Shown: one piece after another, positions 1 through 12,315 of the stretch | Layout of the letters: each line of letters begins with the position of its first letter | Position numbering within the stretch: position 1 is the first letter of the stretch | Assembly (NCBI RefSeq): GCF_006345805.1 | Contig: NC_043020.1 | Coordinates: 26,908,001-26,972,000 of the forward strand | Direction: 5' to 3' | Length of the DNA stretch: 64,000 bases | Source of the DNA: Octopus sinensis | Lineage: Eukaryota | Notes under the pieces: generated by a model | Database searches by the model: none | What the model saw: the letters and a program-made list of their open reading frames with translations, nothing else | What the model was told of the DNA's origin: nothing | Program-made: the position numbers and the translations under genes

Positions 1-90
1 GCGCCACCTCTAATTTAAATATTAATCAGAAAATTGTAAGCTCGTGAACATACATAAACCAGTACGTTTGCAACATATACTATAAGGGGT

Positions 91-308
91 AAGGCGGCGA
101 GCTGGCAGAACCGATAGCACGCCGGACGAAATGCGTAGCCGTTACGTTCAGAGTTCAAATTCCGCCGAGGTCGACTTTGCCTTTCATCCTTTCGGGGTCG
201 ATCAATTAAGTACCAGTTACGCACTGGGGTCGATGTAATCGACTTAGTTCGTTTGTCTGTCTTTGTTTGTCCCTTCTGTGTTTAGCCCCTTGTGGGTAGT
301 AAAGAAAC
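91..308 (+). mobile_element. tRNA-derived SINE, family A (octopus-type)
   Basis: Head GGCGAGCTGGCAGAA..GAGTTCAAATTCCGCCGAGG, body GTCGACTTTGCCTTTCATCCTTTCGGGGTCGA, tail TTTAGCCCCTTGTGGGTAGTAAAGAAA. Recurs more than a dozen times in the window. Confidence 0.85.
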
Positions 309-1718
309 ATATACTATAAGAGAACAAGTGGAATGAAATGCTGAAAGCATCTCATTTTGACTGAATTATGAAAATTACCAATGCCCTAAACGAAGGGCAA
401 TTGCGTCGATGATGCCTATTGAAGTACAAACGCGTCCTCTAATCACCAGACAATGAATCTGTACTTTTCCCTTAATGCCATGTCAACTTCGAGCCTTCGA
501 TTTTGGATCTAAAGATCATCATCGCCCTGGAGTTAATGTTAACTGGCATCTGGCAATTAAGATACATCTTCTAGAGGTGGAGATTAATTTATGCTGTTCT
601 CAAGTACATGCAAATTTCAGTGGATTTTCTTGTGTGAGGGAGAGAAAGAAAAAAACCTTCAATTTGCTTATAGGAGTCGTAGGAGCGTCGCCGTGACACA
701 TGACGTGTCGAATGTATTTTAAGACCAGGTGGAACCTATCCCACTTTCTAGGGCCCGACTGCGACCGATTTTCTCCCAAAAAGAGAAAAAGACATATAGA
801 AAGAAAGAAACAAGAATAAGAAAAAATATTTGCCGTACGAGACTGGTGCTTTAGCGACCCCGAAAGAATGGGAGACTGAGTTAATCTATACAAGGGGTTT
901 GAACGTAGGGCGTAGAGAAGGAACCGTTACACTAAAGCTATTTATTCGATGCCCTCAACTAAAGCGAGATGAAAACGATTAGAGGAGGAAACAGAGGATT
1001 GGGGAGAGAGAGAGAGAGAGAGAGTGTGTGCAAAATAAGCCACAGTGAAAAATGGAACGAAAACAAGTTTCGTTCGCCAATGAAAATGACCTATAAAAAT
1101 TGATAAAAGGGTGGGAAAAACTTTAACCCACAGCAGACATATACCTTAACCAACAGGTTCAAATTAAAACCCGTCGTATAAAAATAGATGAAATACTTTC
1201 TCTAAACTACATGTGAAGAATAGCAAAGCACAATGGCAAAAAGATTAACCAATGAGAAATAAGACCCGCAAACTTAGTTACGTGACTCCATATTTTATGC
1301 GATGGCGTAAAAACTGGCCCTCCGTCGGTTACGACGACGAGGGCTCCAGTTGATCCGACCAATGGAACAGCCTGCTCGTGAAATTAACGTGCAAGTCCCT
1401 GAGCCCTTCACAAACACGCGTACTGAGAAAAATCAGCATGACTCCTAGTGTGGAAAAGATAACCCTTTAAATTACAGATACAACTCAACCCATTCCTAAG
1501 GTATTTTTCGATGTTGTTGTTATTATTATCATTATTCAGGCTCCCTGCCTGGAATCGAACTCGGAATCTTGGGGGCTAGTATCCCGCGCTCTTAACCACT
1601 ACTGGAGGGTATATCAACCAAAACGTGTTAACAGCAAACAAGATGAGGACAAATATCCGTCAAATGTAAATAGTGTACATAATTCCTCATCTCTTATATA
1701 TATATAAGAGCTGCTTTT

Positions 1719-1973
1719 CACTCCGAAAAGCTCTATCTGCGACGATTTCATCTCAATCGAAGGAGAGGGGCTTTCTCCGTCCCGGGTTGCGGATCCGTGG
1801 AATAAGCTGCCGGACAAGATAGTGAAGATGCCGACGACCGCTTGGTTCAAAGTCTCTCTTGACCAGAAATGGCCTGAACTCTTTGCATGAACACCACCCT
1901 TACATAACTCCATGTCCCCCTACATGGCCTTGTTTTTTTGCTTTTTGAGCCCAAAAATTAAATTAAAATCAAC

Positions 1974-1975
<2 letters not shown>
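1719..1975 (+). mobile_element. 5'-truncated CR1-clade LINE: ORF2 C-terminus plus 3' UTR (degenerate)
   Basis: Translates, with a 1-nt insertion near 1780, as HSEKLYLRRFHLNRRRGAFSV(R)VADPWNKLPDKIVKMPTTAWFKVSLDQKWPELFA* (TGA 1888-1890). This matches the CR1 C-terminal pattern GH..KL...R...FS.RV...WN.LP..V......FK..LD. Confidence 0.85.
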
Positions 1976-2029
<54 letters not shown>

Positions 2030-2379
2030 TGTGTGCGCGTACGTACATTGGCTAGGATATTACGATTGACAAGTCTTTGATCATAGGTGTGTTCAGCCAG
2101 AACTCGCCAGGGAATAAACAATATGTAGGTGAGAGCCCCGACCCTACCTATCTATCAACTCGTATATCAAAGAAACGTGGCCCACTTGTACTTGGAAGTA
2201 CAAGACGTTTGACAAAAATATCTATTATATTGTAACTGGGGGAAAGCTTAGTCATAAAACTCATTTGTTCGCGAATAGTCTTAATTTGCGTGGGTACATA
2301 TTGCGCATGCCCTGAATATGTGTATATGAATACCTAAAAATGTATATATATATGTATATACGTGTATGTGCGAGTTTAT

Positions 2380-2435
<56 letters not shown>

Positions 2436-2741
2436 TGTGTGTACACGTACATACGTGCGGTATATATGTGAGACACAGCAAGTGGAAATACCTAGGATGT
2501 TGGTGACGCAGGTATTTAACCAGCGTTATACAAACAAGCGATAGGAGTGGTTTCCTAGCTGTGTGTGTGTGTGTGTGGTTAAGATTTAGTGTTTCGTCTT
2601 AAATGACACACCCAAGCAATTGTTACAGAATCAATGAAGTGAAACATTAAACAAGAATAGAAACATGATAGCATTATGTAAAGCTTGGTCGGGTCGTGCA
2701 TGCGCGCGTGTGTGTGTGTGTAGACGCAGTATGGCAGAACA

Positions 2742-3005
2742 GGAGTTCAAATTCCGCCGAGGACGACTTTGCCTTTCATCCTTTCGGGGTCGATAAATTA
2801 AGTACCAGTTACGCACTGGGGTCGATATAATCAACTTAATACGTTTGTCTGTCCTTGTTTGTCCCCTCTGTGTTTAGCCCCTTGTGGGTAGTAAAGAAAT
2901 AGGTATTTCGCCTCTGGCTACGTTCTAAGTTCAAATGCCTCCGAGGTCGACTTTGCGTTTTGTCCCCTCTATGTTTAGCCCCCTGTGGGCAGTAAAGAAA
3001 TAAGA
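2742..3005 (+). mobile_element. SINE family A, one copy plus an adjacent partial copy
   Basis: Same core and tail as 91-308; the head fragment restarts at ~2915. Confidence 0.8.
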
Positions 3006-3237
3006 ATAGTAGTTAATAAGTTAGCTTGACAGCTACGGGATCCAGAGTTCGATCCTCAAAATGCGTGTCATCTTGGGCAAACGTCATTTTAAATAACCTC
3101 AAGACGACCCGTACCTTGTAAATGAAAATTGAGTACACGGAAACTGTAGAGAAGCCCAGCTGACGGATTGTACCAGTAATTTCTAAGGCGGTAAGATTAT
3201 ATCTGATCCTGCCTGGAAATTACGTTACGGCTTTCTT

Positions 3238-3290
3238 CCAGGCGGATGAAGGGATATAATAAATATCCTAGAAACAGCTGTAAGGCCTAC
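3238..3290 (+). ncRNA. Degenerate PLE-type hammerhead-like motif
   Basis: CGGAUGA-A-GGGAUAU/AUAUCCU stem-A-GAAAC-AGCU-GUA. Core has U4G and stem I is not intact. Confidence 0.45.
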
Positions 3291-4519
3291 TTATAAATGT
3301 TCTAAAATCTACACAGCCTTGGTTTTTTTTTATCTCATTACGAGAAAAAAACTTATATACACACGCTGATATATAACCTCTAAGTTAGACCCCTAATTCA
3401 TATAATCACCGAACCTGGAACTTAACTACGGTCTGTCCTTTGCACTTATTCAGCATCACCTGACACCTTTGGGTCTCAATATATATAGCGCAGAAAATAA
3501 TTTTAAGCGCTTCCTATTCGGGTGCGTTAACGATTTTGCCAGTCCTTTTGTTCTTTTAGTCTTAAATTTAACCCAATAAACCCGATTCAAACTTGCTTGT
3601 CTGTTTTGAGACTTTAGAAAATCTCTTTACAGAGATGATAATTGAAAATAATTAAAAAGCAGGTGTTCACCGACGTAGACAACTTTAATCAAGCATTACA
3701 CAGCATGAGATTGAATTTACATAAGTGCACTCAAGTGTAACCGAGTAGAAAGGCCTCGTTTCAAAAGGTTGGAAACTAAACAGTAGATACTACAATGACA
3801 AGTTTAAAACATAAAAATAGAAAAAATCTAACTCTACAATCCTATGCTCTATGGTGTAATACTTGTTTAAATCCACTCGCCGTCATCATCATCATCGGCT
3901 TTCAATCCTTTCACGGAGAATTAGTCACGTTGCCTCAAATTTGATATATCTCAACAAAAATAGTTTCAAACATTGACATTCTTCAACGAACGACAGACTG
4001 GTATATAAAACAGTTTTCTGTATTTAAGGGTAATGAAATTTTGAATGGATATAATTGATTGCTGCAGGAAAAGTGTTAACGATCATCTTCCACGCTGGCA
4101 CGATATGAACAGAACACGATAAGTTTGAAAAGTGCATCCTACATCAATGTCTCTTTTTAGCAAGGTTCCTATGGCTGGATGCCCTTCTTAACGCCAAACG
4201 CTTTACAGAATATTAGTAATTAATACAAATAAACAACTTCGTAAGCATTGATTTTATATGTCACGCAAAAGAAACAGAATTAGTGGAAAATCGATAAAGC
4301 TTCAATAGGCAAACCAGAGAACTTTGTTTCAGTCCAACAGTAGATTTTATACAAACATGGTAAACAAACTATACTACATACCTACTACACAAAACAAATT
4401 CAAAGTCGTGTGCACTGCTTATTTTATTTGTTATTTCAAATATTGAGCAATTCTCTCTCCTAAGGAAAGGGAGCTCAATGTACAGAGTCGTAAAAACGAA
4501 TATATTCGGTATCGGCACG

Positions 4520-4898
4520 TACAAAGCACCATTTTAGTGGGGTCAATGCCAGTGTTGCCTGACTGGTCCCGTGCCGGTCGGTGGCACATAAAAAAAAAAC
4601 ACCATTCGAGCGTGGCCATTGCCAGTGCCGACTGACTTGCTCCTGTGCCGGTGGAACGAAGAGAGCACCATTCAACCGTGGCCGTTGCCAGTACCGACTG
4701 ACTGGCCCCCGTGCTGGTGGCATGTAAAAAGCATCCACCACACTTTTAGGGTGGTTGGCATTAAGAAGGGCATCAAGCTGTAGAAACATTGCCAGTTCAG
4801 ATTGGAGCCAGGTGCAGCCCTCTAGCTCACCAGCCCTCAGTCACACCGTCCAACCTATGCCAGCATGGAAAATGAACTTTAAACCACGATGATGATGA
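4520..4898 (+). mobile_element. SINE family C (RTE-like 3' tail, internal GCCAGTGCC subrepeats)
   Basis: Internal repeats of GCCAGTGCC..ACTGG, then GGTTGGCATTAAGAAGGGCATC..CCAACCTATGCCAGCATGGAAA and a (GAT)n tail. Homologous to 13703, 26850, 49858 and 55285. Confidence 0.8.
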
Positions 4899-5070
4899 AG
4901 GATCAAAACTCCTTGAGTCATGGACATTTTTCTTTCTTTTCATCTTGGAAAATTTAATGAATATACTGAATATAATAAATATACTCTACTGAAAGGTATT
5001 GAATTATTCTTTAGTTTAATGTTAAATTATAATAAATTAAAATAAGGGAATAAGGGATTAGGTCATGAAT

Positions 5071-5160
5071 TTCATTTGCACACGCCTGTTTCTGCTATAA
5101 GATGCAATGCACTCTCAGTTGAGTGCTTGTGTATCACCCAACAGCTTCATCAGAGCTTCA
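5071..5160 (-). ncRNA. Type-I hammerhead-like motif, long-stem-II family (degenerate copy with canonical CUGAUGA)
   Basis: Minus strand: AGCU CUGAUGA A GCUG..GCACUC/GAGUGC..UAGC A GAAAC AGGC GUG UGCAAAUGAA. Homologous to 49284-49380. The cleavage triplet has drifted to GUG. Confidence 0.65.
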
Positions 5161-5217
5161 AAAAAAAAAAAAATCAAATATATATCGTAAATGGATACGT
5201 TAATGCTCTTTAGATAA

Positions 5218-5266
<49 letters not shown>

Positions 5267-5267
5267 G

Positions 5268-5298
<31 letters not shown>

Positions 5299-5299
5299 G

Positions 5300-5332
<33 letters not shown>

Positions 5333-6925
5333 GTATATATATATATATATAAAGTAAAGATATTTTAACCGATGACTCATAAAAAAAATTGTGATTAGTA
5401 ACCACTGCACCCATGTTCATGTCATTCACTCCTTGAGGATAGAAGTTCAAGCGAGGTTAAATTTTGTTTAAATAACTTTTATTTTAAAACTTTTTTTTTT
5501 GCATTTTTTAATAAATGTTTTCCCTGTAAAATTGAAGACAGAATATAGAAAATCAAAGACAATTCTTAAAAAAATATATACAATTTTTCTCTCGTTTTTT
5601 TTTTTTGACCATGTTGATCAGAGAGATCGATGTGAGCCGATTAATAGGGGAAAAAAAACAAAGATTACTTGAAAATTACTCGATTGGCTTATTAATAAAT
5701 TAATCAATAATAAAATCAATAAACAGAATAATGACAGATGGACTGATTGATGGATGGACGGATAGGTTTAATGAATGAATTGATGGACGGATCGATGGAT
5801 GTAATGTGTATGGACGGTTTTAATAAATGGATTGATAGATGGATCGATAGATGGATCGATAGATGAATGCATAAGTTCAAAGAACTGAAATTTTGGTATT
5901 GTTGTTGATACTGCTGCTGGTGCTGTTGTTGGTTGGTTGGTTGGTTAGTCGGTTGGTAGGTAGTGGTACGTATGAACTAGGTGGCGCCAACGCTGCTCTG
6001 TTATTCCACAGGGTGGATGAGTATGATCTAGTCATGACTAACTATCATCCACATGGACCAGAAGCATATTCAACCACGCTAAGGAAAACACCGTGAGAGA
6101 GGTAGGGGTCTCACAACAAAAACCCCACAACAACAACAAAAAAAAAAGCCAGTTTGTGGGGTCTTACAACAATAACCCCACAACAACAAAAAAACAGTTT
6201 ATTACTTGCTGCTTACGACTTTCCTCCATTTTTAAAAAAATATATATATAAATGTTAATTATTTGGATTAGTTCGCAGTTTTCTTCAGAGATTAATTTAT
6301 TTCGTTCGTTATTTTTTTTTTCATAATTAGAAAAAAAAAAAAAAAACATGTGAATTTTTTTTTTTTTACTCTTTAGCTAATATTATAAACTTAAAACTAA
6401 TTATTATTACAAAAGAAACTTACCACAGATTACACAACACAATAAGTATATATGTAATATATATATTATATATATAATGTATGTACACACATACACATTA
6501 TTGAAGAGAGAAAGAGAGAGAGAGATACGTGACAAAGGGTGGCAAAATTTGTAATTTGAAAACATTTAGCTATCGATATAAGTTTAAAGAAAGTAAAAAA
6601 AAAAAAAAAGAAAAATCGACTGAAATCATTACAAACAAGATAATCGAAATCCTGATAAAGCGAACTATATATATATATATGTATGAAAGAAAAAAGGTGT
6701 TCAGAATGCTGGATGGTTGTAGAAATATATATTTAATTACATATCACATTATTTCTTAACATTAGCGCTCTGGTGAAACTACAGGAGTAGAGTTGAAAGC
6801 GTTAATAAGAAGAAATAATATGCGATATGTAAATAAATATATATTTTTACAACCATCTAGAATTCTGAACACCTATTTTCTTTCATATTGTATTAAATCT
6901 GTACATCACCCACAATACTTCTAAC

Positions 6926-6973
<48 letters not shown>

Positions 6974-9645
6974 TCAGCAAAATTTAGATTCAAATGAATA
7001 TGGTACTTAATTAAAGTTATATGCACCAGAATTTTGTATGGTGTTATCCATATAAATCCATGGGGTGATTATAATAAAAAATAAGTAACAAGAATATCTC
7101 CGAACCAAATTACCCGAGATAATCTTGTTGCTTATTTTGATTATATATATATATACATATATATACCTCAAAAATCGTACGCTACGTTTAGATATTTTTT
7201 TTTTTAAATCATAACTGACTGTTGTATATATTGTGTGATGTATAATAAAGAAGAATAAAAAAATAATAAAGAAGAAAAAAACTAGAATAAAAAAAGGTCT
7301 CGAGAGTTAAACGCACGAACTGTGAAAGTTGCCGGCAGCTTATAATAAATCCTTGCACACTTCCTGGCGGTCACCTGTCAGATATGAATACTACTTCTAC
7401 TATACTTGTGCTAATATAACTACTACTACCATTGTTAATGACTGCTGCTGCTGTTGCTATTACCACCGTTGATAGTGAGAGAGAGAGAGAGAGAAGTAAG
7501 AGGTTAAAAAGAAGCATGGGAGAGAAGAAGGCGGGAAGTGGAGAGAGGGGAGAGGAAAGAGAGATAGAAGAGGAGGGAGAGAGAGAATTAGAGAAGGGGA
7601 GGGAGAGAGAGAGAAAACTAGAGAAGGGGAGGGAGGGAGAGGAAACTAGAAAAGGCGAGGGAGAGAGAAAAAACTAGAAGGGGAGAGAGAGGGGGAAACT
7701 GGAGAAGAGGAGAGAGGGAACTGGAGGAGAGGAGAGAGTAAACGAGAGAGAGAGATGGGGTGAGGGTTGAATAATAGATTGAGTTGATTGCTGGGCTAAA
7801 AACACCTGAATTGACACCTGAACTGGACGGGGAGAGAAGGAGGAGAAATGATTAACTGCTACTTAAGACACCGGAAACGTATTTAGGACATCACAACTAA
7901 TCATACACACAATACTACTGACACATGTCACAACCTCTGTCATAGCTACGACAGTCACCCGAGCAACCTCAGTCGTAAACTCAAATCACAACGGCCGACG
8001 GTCTAACTCAGTACTAAACACGTCAGAGGTACCACAACCACCACGACCATCACTAAACATTTATCAAATCATTCATCAATCATCATCATCATCATCATCA
8101 TATAACCTCTATTTTATCATGCTTACATGGCTAGAATAAATTTTCTACGGCCAGATGCCCCTCATGTCACCAACCATCACCTGTTTCCAAATAAGGAAAT
8201 GTTCGATTTCCGCCGAGGTCAACTTTGCCTTTCATCCTTTCGGGGGTCGATGAAACAAGTACCAGTTACGTACTGGGTCAATGTAATCGTCTAACCCCCC
8301 TCCTCCCCTCAAATTGCAGGCCTTGTGCCTATAGAAGTAAAATGTGTCTTCATGGGGAGACAACCTCAACCTCGCTAGTATGACCGTGATGCACATTTAC
8401 AACCATCGCTTGAAATCTTGGCAACAGTACACGCAAACACGACGGGCTTCTTTCAGTTTCCGTCAACCAAATGCACTCGCAAGGCTTCGGTCAGTTAGGG
8501 GTAATAAAAGCTAAGGGACTGAACCCAAGACCTCGTGGTTCGAAAGTAAGTTTTTAACCACACAACCACCTCCAGCCAACCCCCTGAAGCATGGCCACCA
8601 CAAAGATTCACATTGCCTCAGTTTAGAGGGCTTCATTAAAACACAAGCTGTTGATTAAAATGATACCATTTCCTGGAACTTATCTGAGACGGAAGGCAAA
8701 GCTGACCGACTTTGACAAGATTTGAACCCCGAACATACAGAAATAGTAACTACATACCACAACCACTAAGTAACATTATTATTTCTAAATATCTCGAGAG
8801 ATATTCAGTAACAGCACTCTAAAATAAATATTATTTGCCAACATGTGACAGACACAGGTGGAGACGATGTTTCCTGGGGTTAAACAACAGTAACATTCGT
8901 CCCAATCGGGACTGCCATATTATGCTGGCAAATAATCTTTACTTTAAAGTAACAATTATTTCCCACATAAACGATAAGGTCAGAAAATTGGTGGAAGGGA
9001 ACAACACATCGTATTCGACACCAATTAAAAGTGAACAAGGCTGGGCTTGATGAACCCAGACACAATTTTTTATGTCTTATCACGAGCCCTTGGACCTCAT
9101 AAAGCCGGAGTTTAATCCGGTTTGTATGACGAATAAATGATTGAGATTATGATAGGTCCACCGAAGGATTGTTAACTTCACAGCTATTGCTGGGATTCAT
9201 GTACAAGTGAGCGGGAGTGGCGGTGGGGAACGTGAATTGTGTTTTGCTCAAGAAAGCAATGCCCGATCCGGGAATCGAAACCTCGATCCCATGACCATGC
9301 ATACAACACATTAACCACTAGGCTAAGCGACTTCTTTTAGTTGAGAACTGCAACTTTGTCCAATACACCATTTTATCTACCAAACCCTCTTCTATTCTTT
9401 CATTGCCACAAGAGGGGGTAGATTGCAGGGATATACACAATGAGGTAGAGTTCCCTAGAAAGGATGACGGCCAAATGGAGTTGGCCCAGTCAAGTAACCC
9501 AAGAGGGCCAAAAGCAGTTTCTAACATTGGGCAAGTGTCTTCTACTATAGCCTCAACCCAACCAATGCCTTGTGAATGGATTTGGAAACTGCATGGAAGC
9601 CTGTAATATACAGGTGTGTCTTTTTACTTGTTCCTCTTCCTACAT

Positions 9646-9709
9646 TTGACAACCGATGAAGGTTTGTTTAGGGTTCAGGCAAGAAGAGACCGAAAGAATT
9701 TTAGTGCCA
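9646..9709 (+). ncRNA. Hammerhead-like motif with CCGAUGA core (degenerate)
   Basis: CCGAUGA A GGUUU..AGACC (5 bp) GAAA G AAUU U UA. Palindromic stem-III loop; stem I pairs 4/6. Confidence 0.5.
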
Positions 9710-10459
9710 GACTTTGCCAAAAAAAAAAGAAAGAAAAAAGAAAAAATACCGGGGTCAATCGAAATTGGTGCTCCAGTATGACTTCCATCAAATCAAAGAA
9801 AAACAAGGAAGAAGAAAGTAAAACATAACCCCACCGAATCAAAATTGACCTTGGCGTGATTTGAACCCCGAACTTAAGTAGACTGAATAAAAATCCGCCA
9901 GTTTCTTTTGCCTGCCCCCTTTTTAACAGATCTTCCAATCCACCAATAATAATTATGAACCACCTCTAATGAGGGGGAAAAAAAAGAGACGAAAGACAGG
10001 TCTTCTCAACGGGTGGGTCTCTTCTATGGTATATACTGACATTCCTACTGCGCCTAAGTTTCTAAGAAGACGGTGATCTGGTTTGGAAAATATTTTATCT
10101 GCTTAACAACAACGCAGATAAAAAAATGTCCCCACTACAACACGTATTTTTTATCACTGACTACCGCCACCTCCGCAACAATGCACTTTTGAAATGCCTG
10201 CGTGAGTGTATGAGCGTAGTGTAGGAGTTATTTTTTCTCATGTTCGAAAGCTGGAGGTTATCAACCCAGAAACACTTATGCAAATAGCGTATTAACGAGT
10301 TTAGTGTGCTTACCATAATTACCACAGATACACACACACACACACACTTATGTGTACTGTAAAGATAGAGAAAAGACGAACGGACAGAGAATGTGAGCGA
10401 GCACGTGCGCATGTGTATATATATTTATATATATATCTTTATATAGGGGCTTAAACGTA

Positions 10460-10629
10460 GAGGGGACAAACAAGGAGAGACAAACAAGATTAAGTCGATT
10501 ACATCGACCACAGTGCGTAACTGGCACTTTATTTATCGATCTCGAAAAGATGAAAGGCAAAGTCAACCTCTCCGGAATTTGAACTCAGAACGTAACGGCA
10601 GACGAAATATGGCTACGGATTTCTGCCAG

Positions 10630-10630
<1 letters not shown>
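10460..10630 (-). mobile_element. SINE family A
   Basis: Reverse-complement core GATGAAAGGCAAAGTCAACCTC..GGAATTTGAACTCAGAACGTAACGGCAGACGAAAT. Confidence 0.8.
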
Positions 10631-10669
<39 letters not shown>

Positions 10670-10792
10670 TATACATATATATATATATGTAACTGACCGG
10701 CTCGGCAAAAGACACCGACAGAAAAAGTATCAGGCTGCGGTCGATTCATTCGATTAAAAACTCAAAGCCGCAGTCTAATGACTGAAACAAGT

Positions 10793-10824
<32 letters not shown>

Positions 10825-11269
10825 TAACATGTAAGAGTGTTTAGAGAACCACCATCGCCTATTACGGCTCCCGGATGTTGTAGAAGAAGAAAAGGAAGAG
10901 GAAGAAAAAGAAGGGAAAGAAGAAGGAGGAGGAAATCAGAAGAAACGATGAATGGTAGGAAGAGGAAAGCGAAAGTAAAGATGCTAGCAATGATAGAAGA
11001 GAGAAAGAAAGGAAGAACAAAAAAAAAAGAGAAAAGATAGAATCATCCGACGGGGATGGGGTGGAGTAGATTTTGATTATTACTAAGGCTTGCAAAGATA
11101 TGAAGGGAGACGAAAGGTGGACAGAAGGGATTCGATTCTGGTGTAACTACTTTAGAGAGATATTAAATTGCCCTCCCCCATTATTATTATTATTATTATC
11201 TGCCCCCCCCCCAGCAATTTTGTTAAAAAGTGGGTGAATTTAGCAAAAAAAAAATAGAAGACGAAGACT

Positions 11270-11400
11270 GGTGTATAAGCAACAAGCAGGAGTATAAGTT
11301 TGACGCTCGGGAAAGTGAGAAAGTCTTTTACATTTCGAGCCTATGCTCTTCAGCAGAAAGGAACACGAGGAAATAAACAGACAGAGAATAATAAAAACTT
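11270..11400 (-). mobile_element. Short PLE-like non-autonomous repeat carrying a minimal hammerhead-like motif (11323-11360)
   Basis: Minus strand CUUU CUGCUGA A GAGC AUAG GCUC GAAAUGUA AAAG. Homologous to 27360-27530 and 52905-53110. Confidence 0.6.
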
Positions 11401-11698
11401 GTGGATTTAGCGGTTAATCATTGTGTGTGTGTGTGTGTGTGTGCGTGTACATACAAGGTTGGCTTGTAAAAGTCACCTGATAGTAAATCAAAACCAATTT
11501 AATTCCAAGATTGAAGCATAAAAAATTATTTTGTGAGATTTCGTTAATAGACAAATGCTAAAAGAAAAAATGGGTTTTAACTAGCAGTATTCAATTATTA
11601 AACATTCATAACTGGAATGAATAAATAAAATTGAATATTAAGTATTTATGGAATTTTGATTTACTGTCGGGTGAATTTTTGGTCAAATATATATATAT

Positions 11699-11730
<32 letters not shown>

Positions 11731-11949
11731 ATATATATATATATATATACATACACACAAACACACACATCGTATTTGTATCTGATTTGAAAGATTCTTA
11801 ATGTGAATTCGTGTGTTGAAACAAATTTTGTTGTATCTGGAGAGAGTCATATTGCCTTGATGTATTTAACACACAGGTTCAATTTCCACTCTTATTATTA
11901 GTAGTGGTATGTGTGTGTGTTTGAGTGTGTATGAGTTTCAGTGATTATG

Positions 11950-12068
11950 TACGAAGTGCTACTGCGTGGCACCTTGGGCAAGTGTCTTCCACTATAGCCT
12001 TGGACCGATCAAAGCTTTGTCAGTGGATCTGGTAGGCGGAAATATATACAACGGGCTTCTTTCAGTTA

Positions 12069-12109
<41 letters not shown>

Positions 12110-12315
12110 TGAGTGAGTGAGTGAGTGAGTGAGTGAGTGAGTGAGAGAGAGAGAGAGAGAGTGTGTGTGTGTGTCCTCGCCACCATAGCGGTTCCGCAGG
12201 AGAGTTCGATAGAATAAGTATTACGCTTACAAAGAATAAGTCATGGGGTTGATTTGTTCGACTAAAGGCGGTACTCCAGCATGGCCGCAGTCAAATGACT
12301 GAAACAAGTAAAAGA
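11950..12315 (+). mobile_element. tRNA-derived SINE, family B
   Basis: CTGCGTGGCACCTTGGGCAAGTGTCTTC..AAAGAATAAGTC..GGGGTTGATTTGTTCGACTAAAGGCGGTACTCCAGCATGGCCGCAGTCAAATGACTGAAACAAGTAAAAG. Many copies in the window. Confidence 0.8.

Noticed and set aside
91-180. tRNA genes at SINE heads (here and e.g. 44730-44785)
   Set aside because: They have A/B-box-like motifs but no complete cloverleaf, and continue directly into SINE bodies.
7480-7760. Long homopurine GA tract (possible triplex/H-DNA)
   Set aside because: Such tracts are common in this repeat-rich context; nothing locus-specific.
7870-8060. Open frame DTGNVFRTSQL..VTTSVIATTVTRATSVVNSNHNGRRSNSVLNTSE as an exon
   Set aside because: No ATG or credible polypyrimidine acceptor, weak donor, no recognisable homology.
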